A stretch of DNA of 64,000 nucleotides from Setoptus koraiensis (lineage: Eukaryota > Animalia > Arthropoda), in the NCBI GenBank assembly GCA_048013815.1, contig CM106586.1, forward strand, positions 10,974,001 through 11,038,000. Reading direction: 5' to 3'. The notes below the pieces were generated by a model that worked only from the letters and a program-made list of their open reading frames with translations, did not search any database and was not told the origin of the DNA. The position numbers were made by a program, and so were the translations under genes. Shown in pieces: positions 1 through 14,582 of the stretch (position 1 is the stretch's first letter; each line of letters opens with the position of its first letter).

Positions 1-883
1 CGAGTCGAGCGTCCGAAAGAATCGAGCCAACAGTCCGAGAGAATCGAGTCGAGAGCGCGAAAAAATCGAGCCAACAGCGCCAACGGATCGAGTCGAGCGT
101 CTCAATGAATCTCAGCAGATGAGTGTTGCCATTATAATCTAATGAGAGTGCCAACAACACACAACGCACCGTCCCACTGTAAGGCGCTCACTCGCTGTAT
201 CCGCTGCGATGTAATCAAGCAATCAATCAATCTCGCCAATGTTCATCAGTGGCGGCGGCGGCGCCGATTAATTACTCGCGGGCCGCGAGCAATCGCAGGG
301 CCCGTGTGACCGGTGTAGCATGCGGCCAGCGCTAGTGGCCCGGCAACGGCATCCGGCAACTGCGGCCGGCTAAAAGGAGACCCGGAATTAAATAAACACG
401 GCGCTGCCGGCCGCCAGAATGAAAATGTGGCTCAAAACTTGTTGCTCTGGCAACAACAACAACAACAATCCATCATGAACAATCGGCCCTTGTTGTCCGG
501 CGTCGCTGACCGTACGCGTCACTCGCTGACGGTGCTACACGACCAACAACGACGGCAACAACAACAACAACAGCAACGGCAACAACAACAACGGCAACAG
601 CAACAACACCGACAACCCAAATAGGGCAAACAACTAAATTTGCTGCCACTACCTGGCTGCCAGCGACCGTTGGCTCGCTGGCAAGATCAATGGCAAAAAG
701 ACAATCGACCGTTGGGTGTCTCGCCGGGCTGCGTTGGCCTGCGTCCGCGGCGCGCTGTTGCTAAATGGCAGGTCCAGCGACTGCCGGGCTTGCGAGCCGC
801 GCAACAGCAACAACAACAACAGCGACAGCAACAACAACAACAACAACGATTGTTGCTGGACAACAAGCGCGTCTGACAGCGCG

Positions 884-1010
884 ATATTGCGTAACAGCGA
901 TATTGCGTAACAGCGATATTGCGTAACGGCGATATTGCGTAACGGCGATACTGCGCAACGGCGATACTGCGCAACGGCGATACTGCGCAACAGCAATATT
1001 GCGTAACAGC
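884..1010 (+). repeat. 16-bp minisatellite (~8 copies, CRGCGATAYTGCGYAA)
   Basis: Tandem units agcgatattgcgtaac / ggcgatactgcgcaac are read directly from the sequence. Confidence 0.9.
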
Positions 1011-1706
1011 AAGGTCAACAAACTGCATCAATGTTGCAGTTGTCGTTGTTGTCGGGCCGGCCAGTGCGTATCGCATCGGGCAAGCGATCGGATCGGATTG
1101 GACCGATTTGTTGTCGTTGTCGATGTTTGGTCGGTGTCGTTGTTGTTGCTCGCAGCCGCTCGTTCTGGTGGCCAGTGCCATGTTCAATTGGTTCAAATTG
1201 ATTGGTTATTGTTGTTGTTGCAGTTAGGTTATCTCGATCACGACTTGAGCATTCGACCACTCAACCATTTGACTCTCAAAAGTCAAAAAAATCGAGACGG
1301 CAGCTAACCTACATACACCGACCGACCATCGGATCGGATCGGATCGGAGAGCGTGCTTGTCGATGTTGTTGTTGTTGCTGGCGCTGCTGTTGTTGTCGGC
1401 GTAACGGCAATGGCTGTGAGTGGCAATTCACCTGTCGTTGCCGGCTGCCGATCGCAGTGACTTGTAGTGGTGGCTGTCACTTGAGCTAAGCGACAAATTT
1501 TCAATTGTGTTACCGCTAACGCGCAGCAAGCGTCATCATCATTTCACTTATTACATTATTATTTTGTATTATTATCGGGCCGCTACCATTCACTTGTCGC
1601 TCGCTGCTCTAATCACTGCAAACAGTGTAATGTCAATGTGACTCGTTAAAGTTCACAACACTGACTTTGGCACTGCCGTAAAGCGCCCGTTATACCGACA
1701 CAGTGT

Positions 1707-1822
1707 TTGTCGTTGTTGTCGTTGTTGTCGTTGTTGTCGTTGTTGTCGTTGTTGTCGTTGTTGCCGTTGTTGTCGCTGTTGTCGCTGTTGTCGCTGTTGT
1801 CGCTGCTGTCGCTGCTGTCGCT
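1707..1822 (+). repeat. 9-bp period repeat (TTGTCGTTG / CTGTTGTCG) derived from a TTG microsatellite
   Basis: Direct tandem periodicity. Confidence 0.85.
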
Positions 1823-3762
1823 GTTGGCCGTCGGCTGTTGGTTGTTGTTTCTGGCCGGCCCACTCGATAGCTCGCCGAACGGGCCCAGTAGCTCGCCAGG
1901 TATTTGCCGATAGCCGGCAGCGTTACGTAATGTCTTGTCTGTAGTGTGTGTGTGTGTTGGCCAGCGCGCAAGAGCGCACAGCGTTGGTCGTGAACTTGAT
2001 ACCACCACCGACATGATCTAATCTGAACCGTCGTTGCAAGCCGTGTATCACATCTAATTAGACTGGCTATTACAACGGGCTGTGTGTGTTTAATAGGCTC
2101 GATAATGGTGCACGTCGGACATTGGACAATGTTGTCGGGTAGTGCCTTATCGCATGTTATCGCATGCCGGCGGACAACAGGTGAAACTGGCGCCGGCAGC
2201 CGCTTGCACGCCGGCCAATTAGTCTGTTGGCATTAGATTATTGGTCTTTATCAGCGGCAACTTGTGTCACGATGAGTCACGAGCGACGAGTTGACCGGAA
2301 GCGGCCCGATCAGCGGCCGCCGGTCGCCCGTTCGGATCCGCGCCCGCCGCATGTCGCTGGCGTACGACCGAAGTGGCGAGGTATGTGCCGAAATGGCAAG
2401 GTACATTGCGAAATGCCGGCCCGTTTCGTGGCTGGGCAATCGATATGGCGACAGCCGATTCGTGCGCGCAACAGTCTCTAAATCGCTGCACTTTAGCTCA
2501 CATTACGTAATCATGATCGATTGCGTCGTTCAGCTGTGTGTGTGTCGTGTCCGAAAACGCGTCGCGTTCGCGGCCATGCCGGCCAACGACAATCGCAATT
2601 GCCGGCCAATTGCCGGCCGGCCGGCCGGTCAGCGCATATCCGGCAATTGCCACTCGTTGCTTGCGTCAGCCGTTACTGGCGGACGCTTGCGTCAGCTGAT
2701 GTGGGGGCCGGTCGGGCCGGCCGGGCGCGGGCAGCCGCTGAGAGCCAACGTTGAGCGGCTGGACGGTGGCAACAGAAGCGGCTCCACAAGCGACAGGCGA
2801 GTCCCTAAGCGGCGCATAAAAAATAATTAGATGATCGAAGCGAGCGCTCTTTTTTGCGCCAAATTTGGCAAGCTGCCGGCGCCGCTCGCAAGCCATTTGT
2901 CAGTGCAGCCGTCGTATGTAATTCATCTCATTTGCATGCGATTGGCTGCGCGATGCCAGCACAACAAATCGACTGCTGCAAATTGTTTCCTTCTTGCATC
3001 GTTAGCTGCCTACTCGCCTCCACTCACCTGCACTCACCTGGTGCGATAGGTGGCGCCCGACTGGTGCTGCTGCTTGTGGCGCCGAAAGCGGTGATTATTT
3101 TGCATTTGCAGCTTGCCAGATCGTCGCAAGTGCGATTCTCTCTCTATTGGCCACTTTCGAATTTCGGCTGTCGACTTTCGAATTTCGACTTTTGACTTTC
3201 CACTTTCGACTTTCCACCTTCGACTGGCGACCGGCTTATCGGCGCGCTTATCGGCGCCTGTCAGCGGCGAGACCTTCGCTTGTCTGTAGCAGTTTGCAGC
3301 AGTTTGCCGGCCTTCAGTCTGGCCGGCCAGCCAGCCAGCCAGTCGGCCAGCCAAACTGAAGGCTCGTTCTGACAATTGCGGACGAGCCAAGAAGCCGAGG
3401 AGAAAAAACGCGACAACGCTGCTCTTTTTTGCGCCCGGCGCCACCATTGATTTGGCCGCAGCGCAATCGCGACAACGTCGCTGGCAAGCTCGTCGTCCCA
3501 CTCCGATGTTCGGCTGATACTCGGCTGATGTTCGGCTGATATTTGCGGCCGATACTCGGCCGATATTTGCGGCCGCGGTGCCGTCATGTCGACAGAGTCG
3601 AGCGACTGTCGCGAAGGGCGCTCGTCGAAGCCGCAACCGCAGCCGCCGGGCGAAGCCACGCAGGCTCTCTATTGGCTCTCTATTGAGCCCGAGCTCGGAG
3701 TCGCTTTCGAATGCGTCCCTTCGAATGCGTGGAAGGCGTTCGAACGAAGCGCCGAACGAACG

Positions 3763-3840
3763 AATGCCGACGACGAATCGAGCGCCGACGACGAATCGAG
3801 CGCCGACGATGAATCGAGCGCCGACGATGAATCGAACGCC
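3763..3840 (+). repeat. 18-bp tandem repeat GCCGACGAYGAATCGAGC x4
   Basis: Direct tandem copies. Confidence 0.85.
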
Positions 3841-6800
3841 GAGTTCGTCTTCTCTGGTCGCCAGTGGAACAAAGATTCGGCCCGATTCAGACTGAATTCG
3901 AACCGAATTCAGACCGAATTCAGATTGAATGGGTGAGCGCAATTGACGCAAATGCGCTGACTGGAGCGGGTCGCTCGGCTGATGGCCCGGTCATGAGCCC
4001 GAGTCACGAATGTCGACATGTATTTAAATGATTAGAGATTGGCGACTCTCGCAGCTTGTTATGGGAGGCTTGTTATTGTCGACACACACAAGCGCATAAT
4101 GGGCGCCCATGATACGCAACGCCTTTTAACTTATAAGTTATGCAGTATTATGTAACAATTGGTGGCATGGCAGCAATTGATACAGATAAAAGTTAAAATA
4201 ATAACGATAAAGGATAACAATACCGGCGAGCTAACAAGCCGCAGCCGAACCGTGAGCCGCCGATCTGTTCGGTTATTGGTTGGGCTGTTGGCTCGGTTAT
4301 TCGCCGGTTGGCTGAATGCCATTCGAATGGGCTGAATGGGCGCCGTAAACGATGCGACTCTCAAAACGGTTCGAGACGATCCGCGCCGCCCGAACCGCGC
4401 AGCCGCTCCGCTGCGGAGCCGCTCGAAAGGGCGACCGAGTAACGAGGTTAGTTCGAGTTGCGGCCGCCGCATTGTTATGCAACGCGACGCGACGGCATGC
4501 GATGCGCCGTGTTGTGTTGTGCCGTGGGTGCCGCCGGTTCGGTGACTTACGATCGGTCGGCGTGTCGCTTCGGTCGGCGCGGCCGCTCGTCGCTTCGGTC
4601 GCCGATCGCCAAATTGTGGCGCCGATACGAAGCCGATGCGACGCCGATGCGACGCCGATACGACGCCGATATGACGCCGATATAATGGGGATGAGCTCGC
4701 CGGCCGAGCCATGAATTCGCGGTGCGAGCCATAAGTGAATTAAAGCGAAACAAGTTCTCGGCGCGCCGAGCGAGCGCCGTGAGAGCGAGAATAACGGAGC
4801 TCTGTCTCTGGCCAGAGACTGTCCCTGAGCGACAGCGAGCGAAGGGAGAGAATAATTACCGAATATTATTATTATTCAGTAACAGTTCGGCATTATGCGG
4901 CGCCACAACGGGCGCCGAAACGAGACCGAGCCGCCAGAATGCGAACAGACTCTGTTCGGCAGACTCTGTTCGACAGAGCGCCGATTCGGGCGCAATCCCC
5001 GACTAAATCATTTGGTCTAAATAGATCCCATCCAATCCGAACTGATCCGATCGCCGCTTGACAGCCGGCCAATATATAATGTTATTATTCTATTACACAC
5101 TGGCATGATGCGGCCACTTTCCAATCGATTACGGCGCTGTAATGTGCGCGCTTTCTGTTGCAACCTGTTGCTCTCGAGCATGAGCTGTCGGCCGGCGCAG
5201 ACGAAGCGACGAGACGAAATAATAAAACGGCCGCCGAGCCGCAGAAGCCGAAAAAGGAAAACGAAAACGGATCGGCGCGATGTCGTGTGGCCGCCGACCG
5301 GCGAGCCGACGCAGCCAGAGAAGCCGACGAAGAAGCCGACGAAGAAGCCGACACAGAAGTCAACGAAGGCAGAGAAGCCGACGCAGCCAGACGAAGAAGC
5401 CGACGAGCGGCGCTCGAAAGCCCCAATCAATCAATCATGATGCCGTTATTAGTTATTATTGCGCAATAATAACTGGTTGCCGCCTGTTGTCGTCGGTGTC
5501 GCCGCTCGCCGACCGCGCCGAGCTGCCGTGCGGCCGGCGAGCGATTATGCTTGCATTAGTAATCATCCCCTTGCAAGTTGCAACCCCTTGCAGCCGCTCT
5601 GCCCGACGCCAGAAGCTGGCGCAAGCGTCAGAAGCCGGCCAAACGTCAGAGGCCGGCGAAGCGCCAGAAGCCGGCGAAACGCCAGAGAGCCGCTTCGGCG
5701 CAGCAACTGTCAGCGGTGTGACACTTGACATGGGCGCATAAATTATAGCCGTTGCTCGATCATCATTAACCCATCTCCGCGGTGAACGGTATTCATTGAA
5801 TACCGCATCGATACCGTATACCGTATATGACCGCATAAATGATATGTACGCCACACACATTCGTGTTACGTAATGGTGCAGACGGCACCGCAAAATAGAG
5901 CACAGCGAGTCGCTGTCGACTGTCACCGTCGACTGTGGGCAGTCAACTGTCACTGTTGACTCGATCGCTTCGAGTCAGCTGTTAACTGGTGAGCGAAAAC
6001 ACAGTTTTGACAGTGCCACTGACAGTGCTTTTGACAGCGCACAGTGGCCAGGAAGACGCCGCAAAATTGGCAACAGAGCATCCGTCGCTGTTTATCGCCG
6101 GCCGCCCGGCCGGCCGATGCCATCACATGATAAATGATAATTGCGCCGGTTGCGTCATTCGCCGCCGTTCTACGCAGGCCGTTTTGCCCAGACCGTTTCA
6201 GACGCAGCGATCGCTCGCAATTGTGAGAGTGGCCACACGAAAACCGGCGATCCGCCGAACCGCCGAGCGGCGGCCGGGCGACGTTGCGGGCCTGCGTAGA
6301 GCGGCGGCGGCGCATGACGCAACCGGCGACAGCCGGGACGACCCGCCGTCGCCCGTCGTCCGCCAACAACAGCAATAACAGCAATAACAAGTGGCAAACA
6401 ATATCCGGTGTGCCGATATGCAGCTTGCGTCGAGCGCACAGTCCGGGCCGGTTACGGCCCGGATTAGGAGCGCGCTAACGGGTAATCTGGCGGCTGTTAG
6501 CGCACTGCTGACAAGCACAGACGCGAGCTCGGTCGCGGCAAGCGGCCGCCGACACGACACACGATCCGCTGCAACTTGCGCTATTACGCAACAGCGGCCA
6601 ACAACAGCGCCGGCGCTGTCGTCGAGCCGCGCCGCCTAGGCCGCGGCACAACAGCGCGCACAATAGTCGGACAACAGGTAGCAGTTGGCGGGCGGCCGCG
6701 GGAGCCGAGAGAAGCCGCGATGAGCCGCAGTGAGCCGAGAGAAGCCGCAGTGAGCAGAGAGAAGCCGCAGTGAGCCGATCGGCGCGGCGCGGTCGCGACC

Positions 6801-7474
6801 GCGCCATACTATGGCGGCCATAGCGACCGTGCGCCCGACGGGCTCAGTGTGTTGGACGGGCTCAATTTGCTCAATGGGCTCCATTCGCTCAATGGGCTCA
6901 ATTTGTTCAATATGCAAATGGCAGTGTCAGACGGCGGGTCAACAGCACTTACGCAATTGGGCAACAGCTCAACGAGCTCGCCATAAATTTAATAGACCGA
7001 GCGCTGGTCACTTCAAACAACAAGCCATGGCCATTATTATTTGTTGTTGCGCAATTGCGCGCCGGCCATAAGTCTCGGCGTTGTTCCATTGTGTGAGTGT
7101 GCTCTACTCGAAATAGTTTGCGCCGACCGCTGGCCGGCACGATGACCATTGTGATGCTGCTACCGCTTTTGTTGTTGTCGCCGTTGTTGTCGCTTCGATC
7201 GCCGTTGTTGCCGCTTCGGTCGCTGTTGTTGCGCGCTCGTTGGCGGGTTGTTGGCGCGGTTGTTGCAGTCGCTGCATTCGGCGCGCTTGTTGCGATTGAA
7301 TGGCCGCACTTTGGCCGGCAAGCCGCCGTTATTGTGTGTCCGCTCTTTTGTGCGCCACCGTCTCTCGGCACACCAATCCACTTGCCACACACAAACACAC
7401 AACAAAGTGACTGTAATCCGCTGACTGTTGTTGGCCATCGATTATTGCGTAACTATTACGCCGCCGCCGACGAC

Positions 7475-7508
<34 letters not shown>

Positions 7509-8029
7509 ACAACGACAACAACTACAAATTGGCCCATCTTCCTCTATTTACATAAGCCTGTTACACCGCTGAGCAACCTGTTCAATTACGCATTGCCCTG
7601 CTCGGCTCATCATCGTGTGCGACCGTCGCCGGCTGCGATTGCCCGATGATTGTGCCGAGCTACTGCAATTATGCAAACTTGAGCCGCTTTTCATCGACTC
7701 CGTCGTCGGCCGGCCGGCCATTCGAGCGGCTGGCCGGTCCGCCGCTCGCAAAGCCGCCGGATCAATTTTATCCGCTGTTTTTATGCGTCGCCCGCCGGCT
7801 CACGTCGGCTCGCGTCTGCGCCAGCAGCTTGGCCCTGCTCGACCGTCTGAAATCGCTGTAAATCTCCGGAAATCGCTGCAAATCGCTGCAAATCGTCGGA
7901 AATTGCCGGAGATCGTCGGAGATCGTCGGAGATCGTCGGAAATCGTCGGAAATTGCGCAACGCTGGCGCATTATCCACGCCGGCGGTGCCTTACTCGGCC
8001 CGTGAGTCGCAAGCGCAAGCCGACTGCGC

Positions 8030-8135
8030 AGCAGCAACAACAACAACAGCGAAAACAGCAACAACAGCAACAACAACAACAACAACAACATCATCAACAA
8101 CAACAACAACAACATCATCAACAACAACAACGACG
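8030..8135 (+). repeat. imperfect (CAA)n microsatellite, one of about a dozen CAA/TTG tracts in 1-26 kb
   Basis: Direct observation. Similar tracts lie at about 450-620, 800-850, 7470-7520, 9455-9540, 13820-13945, 17180-17290, 23760-23840, 24250-24350 and 25285-25345. Confidence 0.9.
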
Positions 8136-8834
8136 GCGGCAACGCGACATCGCAATCCCGCACGCCAGGCGACGAGACGAAAGACGCTAATGAGACAGAC
8201 ACACACACATTCAATAATGCGATCGCGCAATCGTGATCCGGAAGCGCGCCTATTGGGCCGCCCATCGCCGACAGCAGCGTGGCGAATTGGCATTGTTGCC
8301 ATCGCAGGCCGCCGATTGGGCCGGCCGGCCCGCGGAAGCGGCCAAGCAGCGGACAGGGCAGACGGGGGGCGCAAGCGGCCTGTTTTCGGGCGCCGGTTGG
8401 ATCGCGCCAAGCGGACGCGATTCCCTTGGCGCGCCCGACCGACAGTGAGATCGGCCCGTGGGGAGAGCGGCTCGCTGGCCGGGCGATTCGGCACGGACGT
8501 ATGCAAATTGAACGGGCGATTGCGATGGGCAATTCAATCAAATTTGGCCAATCGGCCGGCGCCGAGCGGAACGGCATTACGCGATTACGCATGCAAAACG
8601 GCCCATCGACTGGAAAATATTTTCATTATTTTAGCCATTGTGCGATAAAACATGATGTGATCGGACGCTGCGTCCGTGCGAGTGCGGCCGTTTCCGGCCC
8701 GTGAGCGTTTTGGCGGCGCGTCCGCTCAATTGATTACGATTCGCACTTTGGACTTGGTCGCCGAATTGCCCAATTGCAATCGCAGTCGCGCCGACCGGGC
8801 CGCCAATTGCGAATCGGCGCCGCCACTCACGCTG

Positions 8835-8837
<3 letters not shown>

Positions 8838-8928
<91 letters not shown>
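8838..8928 (+). repeat. perfect (GT)~45 microsatellite
   Basis: Uninterrupted GT dinucleotide run. Confidence 0.98.
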
Positions 8929-8929
<1 letters not shown>

Positions 8930-10388
8930 TCCGTTGGCGAGCCGGCGCCGGCAAGACCGATTCTGCGCCCGATCAGCCGGGCAACAACTTTGCCGCTTCT
9001 CAGACACACGCACACAGGAAGCACGACGGCGGCGGCCCGCCGAGGACGCTCCGCGTCTGGCCGGCGTCTGGCGAGCTGCGTCCCGTGAGCCGCGTCCCGT
9101 GAGCCGCGTCCCGTTGGCGTGCGTCCGGGTCTTGCGCTGCGCGTCAACAAGTGGCACCACTGCCGGGCTCATTGTTGCGCACTTGCGCTCAATGCGAGTC
9201 TCGTCTCGCCAGTTCTCGCCAATTGCGACTCGTCTCGTCGGAATTCGACGAGTCGCAATTGGCGGTTCGCGAGACCGCCCGTTCGGCGTGTCGTCCGCAT
9301 TCTCGGCGTTCGGTGCGTTCTCAGCCGAGCTGCGGCCGGTCGCCATTCTTCGCACACTCGCCGGCGAATTGTGCGGCCGGCGCGCTCAATCGGCGGCGCG
9401 CCGATCTCGTTATGGGAAAGCGGCCACTTTCCCTGCAACAACGACATTGGAGGCAACAACAACGACAGCAACAACAACAACAACAACAACAACAACAACG
9501 ACGGCAACAGCGGCAACAGCGGCGACGGCGACGACAGCGAAGGCATGAGAGAGCGCGGCCAGACCGCAGCGGCCCACGACGCCGACGAGGAAACGCCGGC
9601 CGATGCCGCCGTTGTTGTCGCTGTTGCCGCTGTTGCCGCTGTTGCGCAACAGCGTCCAACGCTGTCGCGCCGATGCGGCCGCCGGACACTGGTCACTCGG
9701 TCCGACTGAGTCAGGCGCATGCTGAAACACGGCACAGGTAACACAGGTGAGTGTCGCTAACGAGTGGCCGTACGAACAAGGTAGACGACGGACGACACAG
9801 GCTGCGCGGGTAGCCGCTCGGAACGATGCGAGGAGGGGCGCCCGATAGGGAAACAATTATCGTTGTCGTGGCGGAACAGGACGACCGCAACAAGCGCACA
9901 ATGGTCGCCATGCGAGCGGCCATAGGAACGGAAGAGCCGCTCGGTCGTGATCGCGCTTGCCGTGTCCGTCTGACCGGCGGCCAGACGGTGGCCGCATCAC
10001 CGGCGGCCAGACGGTGGCCGCATCACGCACGCCGCTCGCCGTGGCGACATCTTTTTGTGATAAAAATTTTATCCGTGCCGCTCATGCGCCACTCTCGTTC
10101 GGGCAGCGAATGACAGCCGAACTGGCCAGATGCGACGGATAATCGGGCGAGATGCGACAGATAATCGGGCGAGATGCGACGGGCGAATCGGGCGAGCGAC
10201 CGATGGCGACGACGCCAGATGTCGCGCCCGGTCGCAGGCGGCTCCTCGAGACGGTCGAAAGCGGCTTCTCGCGACAGCCGCAAACAGTTTCGCGAGACAG
10301 TCGCAAACAGTTTCGCCAAACTGTCGACTCGAGCGACGCTCATGTCGCACTGCCAACCGGTCCATCCGCCATCTGCCGTTCGCTCGGC

Positions 10389-10478
10389 CTCACCTGTCGA
10401 AGCGCCGGCTCACCTGTCGAAGCGCCGGCTCACCTGTCGAAGCGCCGGCTCACCTGTCGAAGCGCCCATTCACCTGTT
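10389..10478 (+). repeat. 20-bp tandem repeat CTCACCTGTCGAAGCGCCGG with 5 CACCTGT cores
   Basis: CACCTGT starts at 10391, 10411, 10431, 10451 and 10471. Confidence 0.9.
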
Positions 10479-13400
10479 GCCGGCGCTGCCCAGGGCCATT
10501 GCGAGTGTTGGCTTGCGGAGTGCGCCGCTGCGGGCCGAGCTCGCCAGTCGCAGCATCTCAGAGGCTCTGAGATGCTGCAGCTTTTGCGAGTGTGAGAGCA
10601 ACGATGACATCGTCGGCTGGCCAGATGAAATATCGTCGTCGGCATGCAAACAATCCGCTGGCCGGCCAAGCGAAACCGGCCGCCGAAAGTGGCCGCCGAC
10701 CGACGGGAATGGCCCGCGAGAAACTCTCACCTGTCTGTGACTCTCGCTGTCGCTGGCTCTCACCGGCGCTCACTCTCGCTCGGTTTGTTTGTGTCTGGGC
10801 GCCGCGGCGCGGCGCAAAGCTGCACTGTGCCACAGGTGCGACGGTCGAGACGGGTTAAACGGGCAAGACGGGTTAGACGGGTGAGACGGGTGGCTCGGGC
10901 AATGGACGAGCACGGCGATGCGGCGCGGAGTCGGCCGAGATTGTCGCGAGATTGTCGCGCCGATGGCTGCGGGCAACGATCGGCCAGTGCGCCAGCGACG
11001 GCCGCAAAATGTGCGAAAATCTGAGCCGGTGTCACTTGTTTGCCGGCCCGTTCGCCGGCCCGCTTGCCGGCGACCCGCCGAGACAGAGCGCCCGCCGCTT
11101 GACAGGCGCCGGCCCGGCCACAATTGCGACAGCCCAACAGCGACAAATGGCAAGCGACTCCGGGGCGACCCTTGGCGGCGGGCACGGCCAGAGAGCCAAT
11201 ATACGGCCAACGATTTAAGGCGATATACGGCCAACGATTTGCGGCGATTTCATAACGATTTGAGGCAATATATGGCAAATATCGTCGATCACATCGGCTG
11301 TATTTGTATTTGTATTGGTGCGTCGGCTCGCAACAATACACTGTTGGCTGCTGGCCAGTTGGCACCGATCGTCGGACGGCAACAATTTACGATTTATCAT
11401 AAATTATCCGGCGGCGCCGGTTATTATGTAACAGTGGCCACTATAACTCACAATCTGTATTACAGACTCTGTAAGCGCCGCCGAGTCGCCGGCCGTGTGA
11501 GAGTGCCAAATGTGCCAATGTGCCAAATATGGCGCGCTGTGGGCCCTCGTTGCTCACCTGGCCGCCGTGGGTCGCTGGCGGTGTCACGCCGGCCAGGTGA
11601 GCCGAGTGGCCGGTATGCCTCTCACAGTTGGCTAGTTGTGTGAAGTTATCGCATGAATAGCGGCCAATAGGCCAATAGGCGCCAGCGAGCCAAACATGAT
11701 AAACGTGTGATAAAACAACGGCCGGCAAGGGGATAATTTTGCACTATTATAAATTTATATCTATTTGCAATATGCGTTTGTGTTGCTGCCAGATATTCGC
11801 TTGCGTTGCGTTCGGACGCCGCTGCCACCGCGCCGTATGGCGGCGGTGCGCCCATCCAAGTCGAGACCGTCGAGACCGTCGAGACCATCGGGTCTGTTGA
11901 AACTATTGAAACCGACTATTGAATCGCGACTATCGAGGCTGTTGAAACCATCGCGACTATCGAGGCTGTTGAAACCATCGAGACTGTTGATAGTCTCAAT
12001 TCGAGACTCTCGAGCGGCAAAGTGGCTCTCGAGCCGGCCAACAGGTGAGCGTCGTAATTAGCTGCATAATCACGGCGACTGGAGCGCCGGTGGCCGGCAA
12101 CGCTTGGCGGCCGGCGCTCCGGCGAGTTGCGTCACACAGCGGCCAGCGCACCGTTGGCTTGAATGGTGCCCGGCGCAATCAATGTTGCAATCGGGCGCCA
12201 TTCAAGCCGCCGCCAAAGCACCGGCCCGGTGCAAATGGCGGCAGCTGCCGCCGGCGTGACACTGCCGACGCCAGCCCGGTCTATGGACAATAACATGCCT
12301 ATGGACACCAACATAATGCAGCAACATACACAACACAAATTATGTTACATAATGCTCATAGAGCGGGCTGCAACAGGTTGCCGCCGTCGTTTGCCGGCGC
12401 TCGTTTGTGCAAGATCCGCTGAGCAAACTTATCATTCATTTGCAATTCGTTGCTTTGTCAGCCTGGGAGCTTGTGAGAGTTTGTGAGAGCGCTCGCCCGC
12501 CGCTCGCTTGTCGGCCGCTCGCCTGCCCGCCGCTCGCTCGTCGGCCGCTCGCTTGTCGGCGGGCCGGCCGGCTAGTTGGTCGGCGGGCCGGCCGGTCGGT
12601 CGCGCAGCGGAGAGTCGGAGTGTCGGGCAGTCGGAGAGTCGGGCACGGCGAGCGAGAGCGATAATTAGGAAGAGTCGGCACTAATTGGCAGCCCTTTTGC
12701 TCGCCGTCGTGCCGGCGCCGCCACTCGCCGCTGCAAGTGATACAAGCGGCGCTAGCTCCGAAAACAAGGCGCTCCGTTCCGGCGCCGCCGCTTTGTTTGC
12801 AGTTTGCCGTTAGCGCCAGCGACGCCAAACAACGGCGAAGTGACGCCAAAACAACGGCGAAACAACGCCAAAATGACGCCAAAACAACGGAAAAATAACG
12901 GAAAACAACGGCGAGACAACGGCCAAGTGATCGGCAACAGTTGCGACTCACTCTGTCCCGGCTGTGACCGGCGCAACGCAAATAGCAACAGTTGCGCAAC
13001 ACAAACACACTTATCTATCCAAGATTTATTGCGCAATATTGTGCGATATTGTGCTGCTGCGTTGCGAAATCGAGTCGAGTTTTGTGGCGCAACGCCGCAA
13101 ACATTCTAGCAAGCGAGCCGATGGGCCGACGAGCCGGCCAACAACGACGGCGCACAACTGACGGCGAACGGTCCGGCGCTTTGTCACGCTTTGCGAGCGC
13201 CCGTTTGCCCGCTCTCGGCGGGCCGGCTCTCAATTTGGCCGGTTCTCAAGAGCGCACAAGCAACAGGTTCCCACTGGCTAACTAACTGCAATTGTTTGCG
13301 TTAGGTAATAGCGCCGGCTAATAGCGCCATTGGCCGAGCGGCGTCGCTCGAGCGCCCACTTGATGGCGCCGACGGCCACCGTAGCCAGTCGCCAATCGCC

Positions 13401-14582
13401 AGTTACGTAACCCTGACAGCCTGTCAGTGACAGGTGCAGTGGGCATCGCCAGCGATGTCCGCAAGCAAGCGCGATGATCGCGCACAAACAACCGATGAAC
13501 TTTAGCCTCGCTTGCTCAAATCGGCCAGCTCACCTGAGCTCACCTGAGCTCACCTGAGCTCGCCTGTGCGCGCCTGTAACGGGTTACCTGTCGGCGTAAC
13601 AGTGTCGGCGTAACAGTGTTGGCGTCGCAGTGCTGTCCGGCGTAACAGTGTTACGTGTGCGCCGGTCGCAATGGCCAGTGTGCGGTATGCGATGCGGCCG
13701 GCGTGCGATATGCGGCGCGGCCAGTGGCAGCGACCAGAGCGGGAAATGAATTTTTCATGAGCGCCATTCCCGCACGGCGCAAATGGCCGTGGGGCCCGCT
13801 CGTAATGAGCTAATTGCTCAAGCCGTTGTTGTTGTTGTTTCTGTTGTTGTTTCTGTTGTCCGATGTCTGTTGTCGTTGTTGTTGTTGTTGTTGTTTCTGC
13901 TGTTGTTTCTGTTGCCCGATGTCTGTTGTCGTTGTTGTTGCCGTTGTCTGCGAGCAAGGCATCGATTTAATTTTAATCCCAACAACGGCCAGTGATATTG
14001 ACCGAAAACAAGCGGCCAGACGGCACCGAAATCGTGCCATGGACACTATGAGTTCGCCATTCGCCCTTCTCACGTCGAGAACTGGCTGGCCGGCCGGCCG
14101 GCCAACGAGAAGGGCGATTCACGCAACCTGTTGCCTGTTGCCCAGTCACTTACAACTTGTTAAGTGTAAGTTACAAGTGAGCAACGTGAATGGGCAACTC
14201 GTTTCAGCATCTCGTTTGGCGTCTCGAAAGTCTCGAGACAGGCCGGCAACGACGGGCAACGGTCAGTTAGTTAGTTAGTTGGGCCGCATCATGGTTGCGC
14301 AACCGTCTCATCGCATTTCGCTCATTAATCCCTGGCGAAACATTACAAATCTCGGCAGCGCGCAGCAATATTATATTGAGAAGAATATTAATTGCAACAT
14401 TTAATAATCTTGTCCGTCGCTCGCTCGCTCGCCCTCTTTAGCCGGCTCTTTAGTGAGCTGGCTGCACGGCGCTCACTAATAGGCTAATGGGCCAACAGGC
14501 TAACAGCAAGCTCGCCGGCTAATAGACTAATCGACGACCCATCTCTCTAATTACGATTGCGCGACTCAGCAGCAGCATCACC

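Noticed and set aside
10389-10478. Regularly spaced 20-bp repeats (also 20980-21045 and 25501-25559) as CRISPR-like arrays
   Set aside because: The units are head-to-tail with no unique spacers, there are no cas genes, and the context is eukaryotic.
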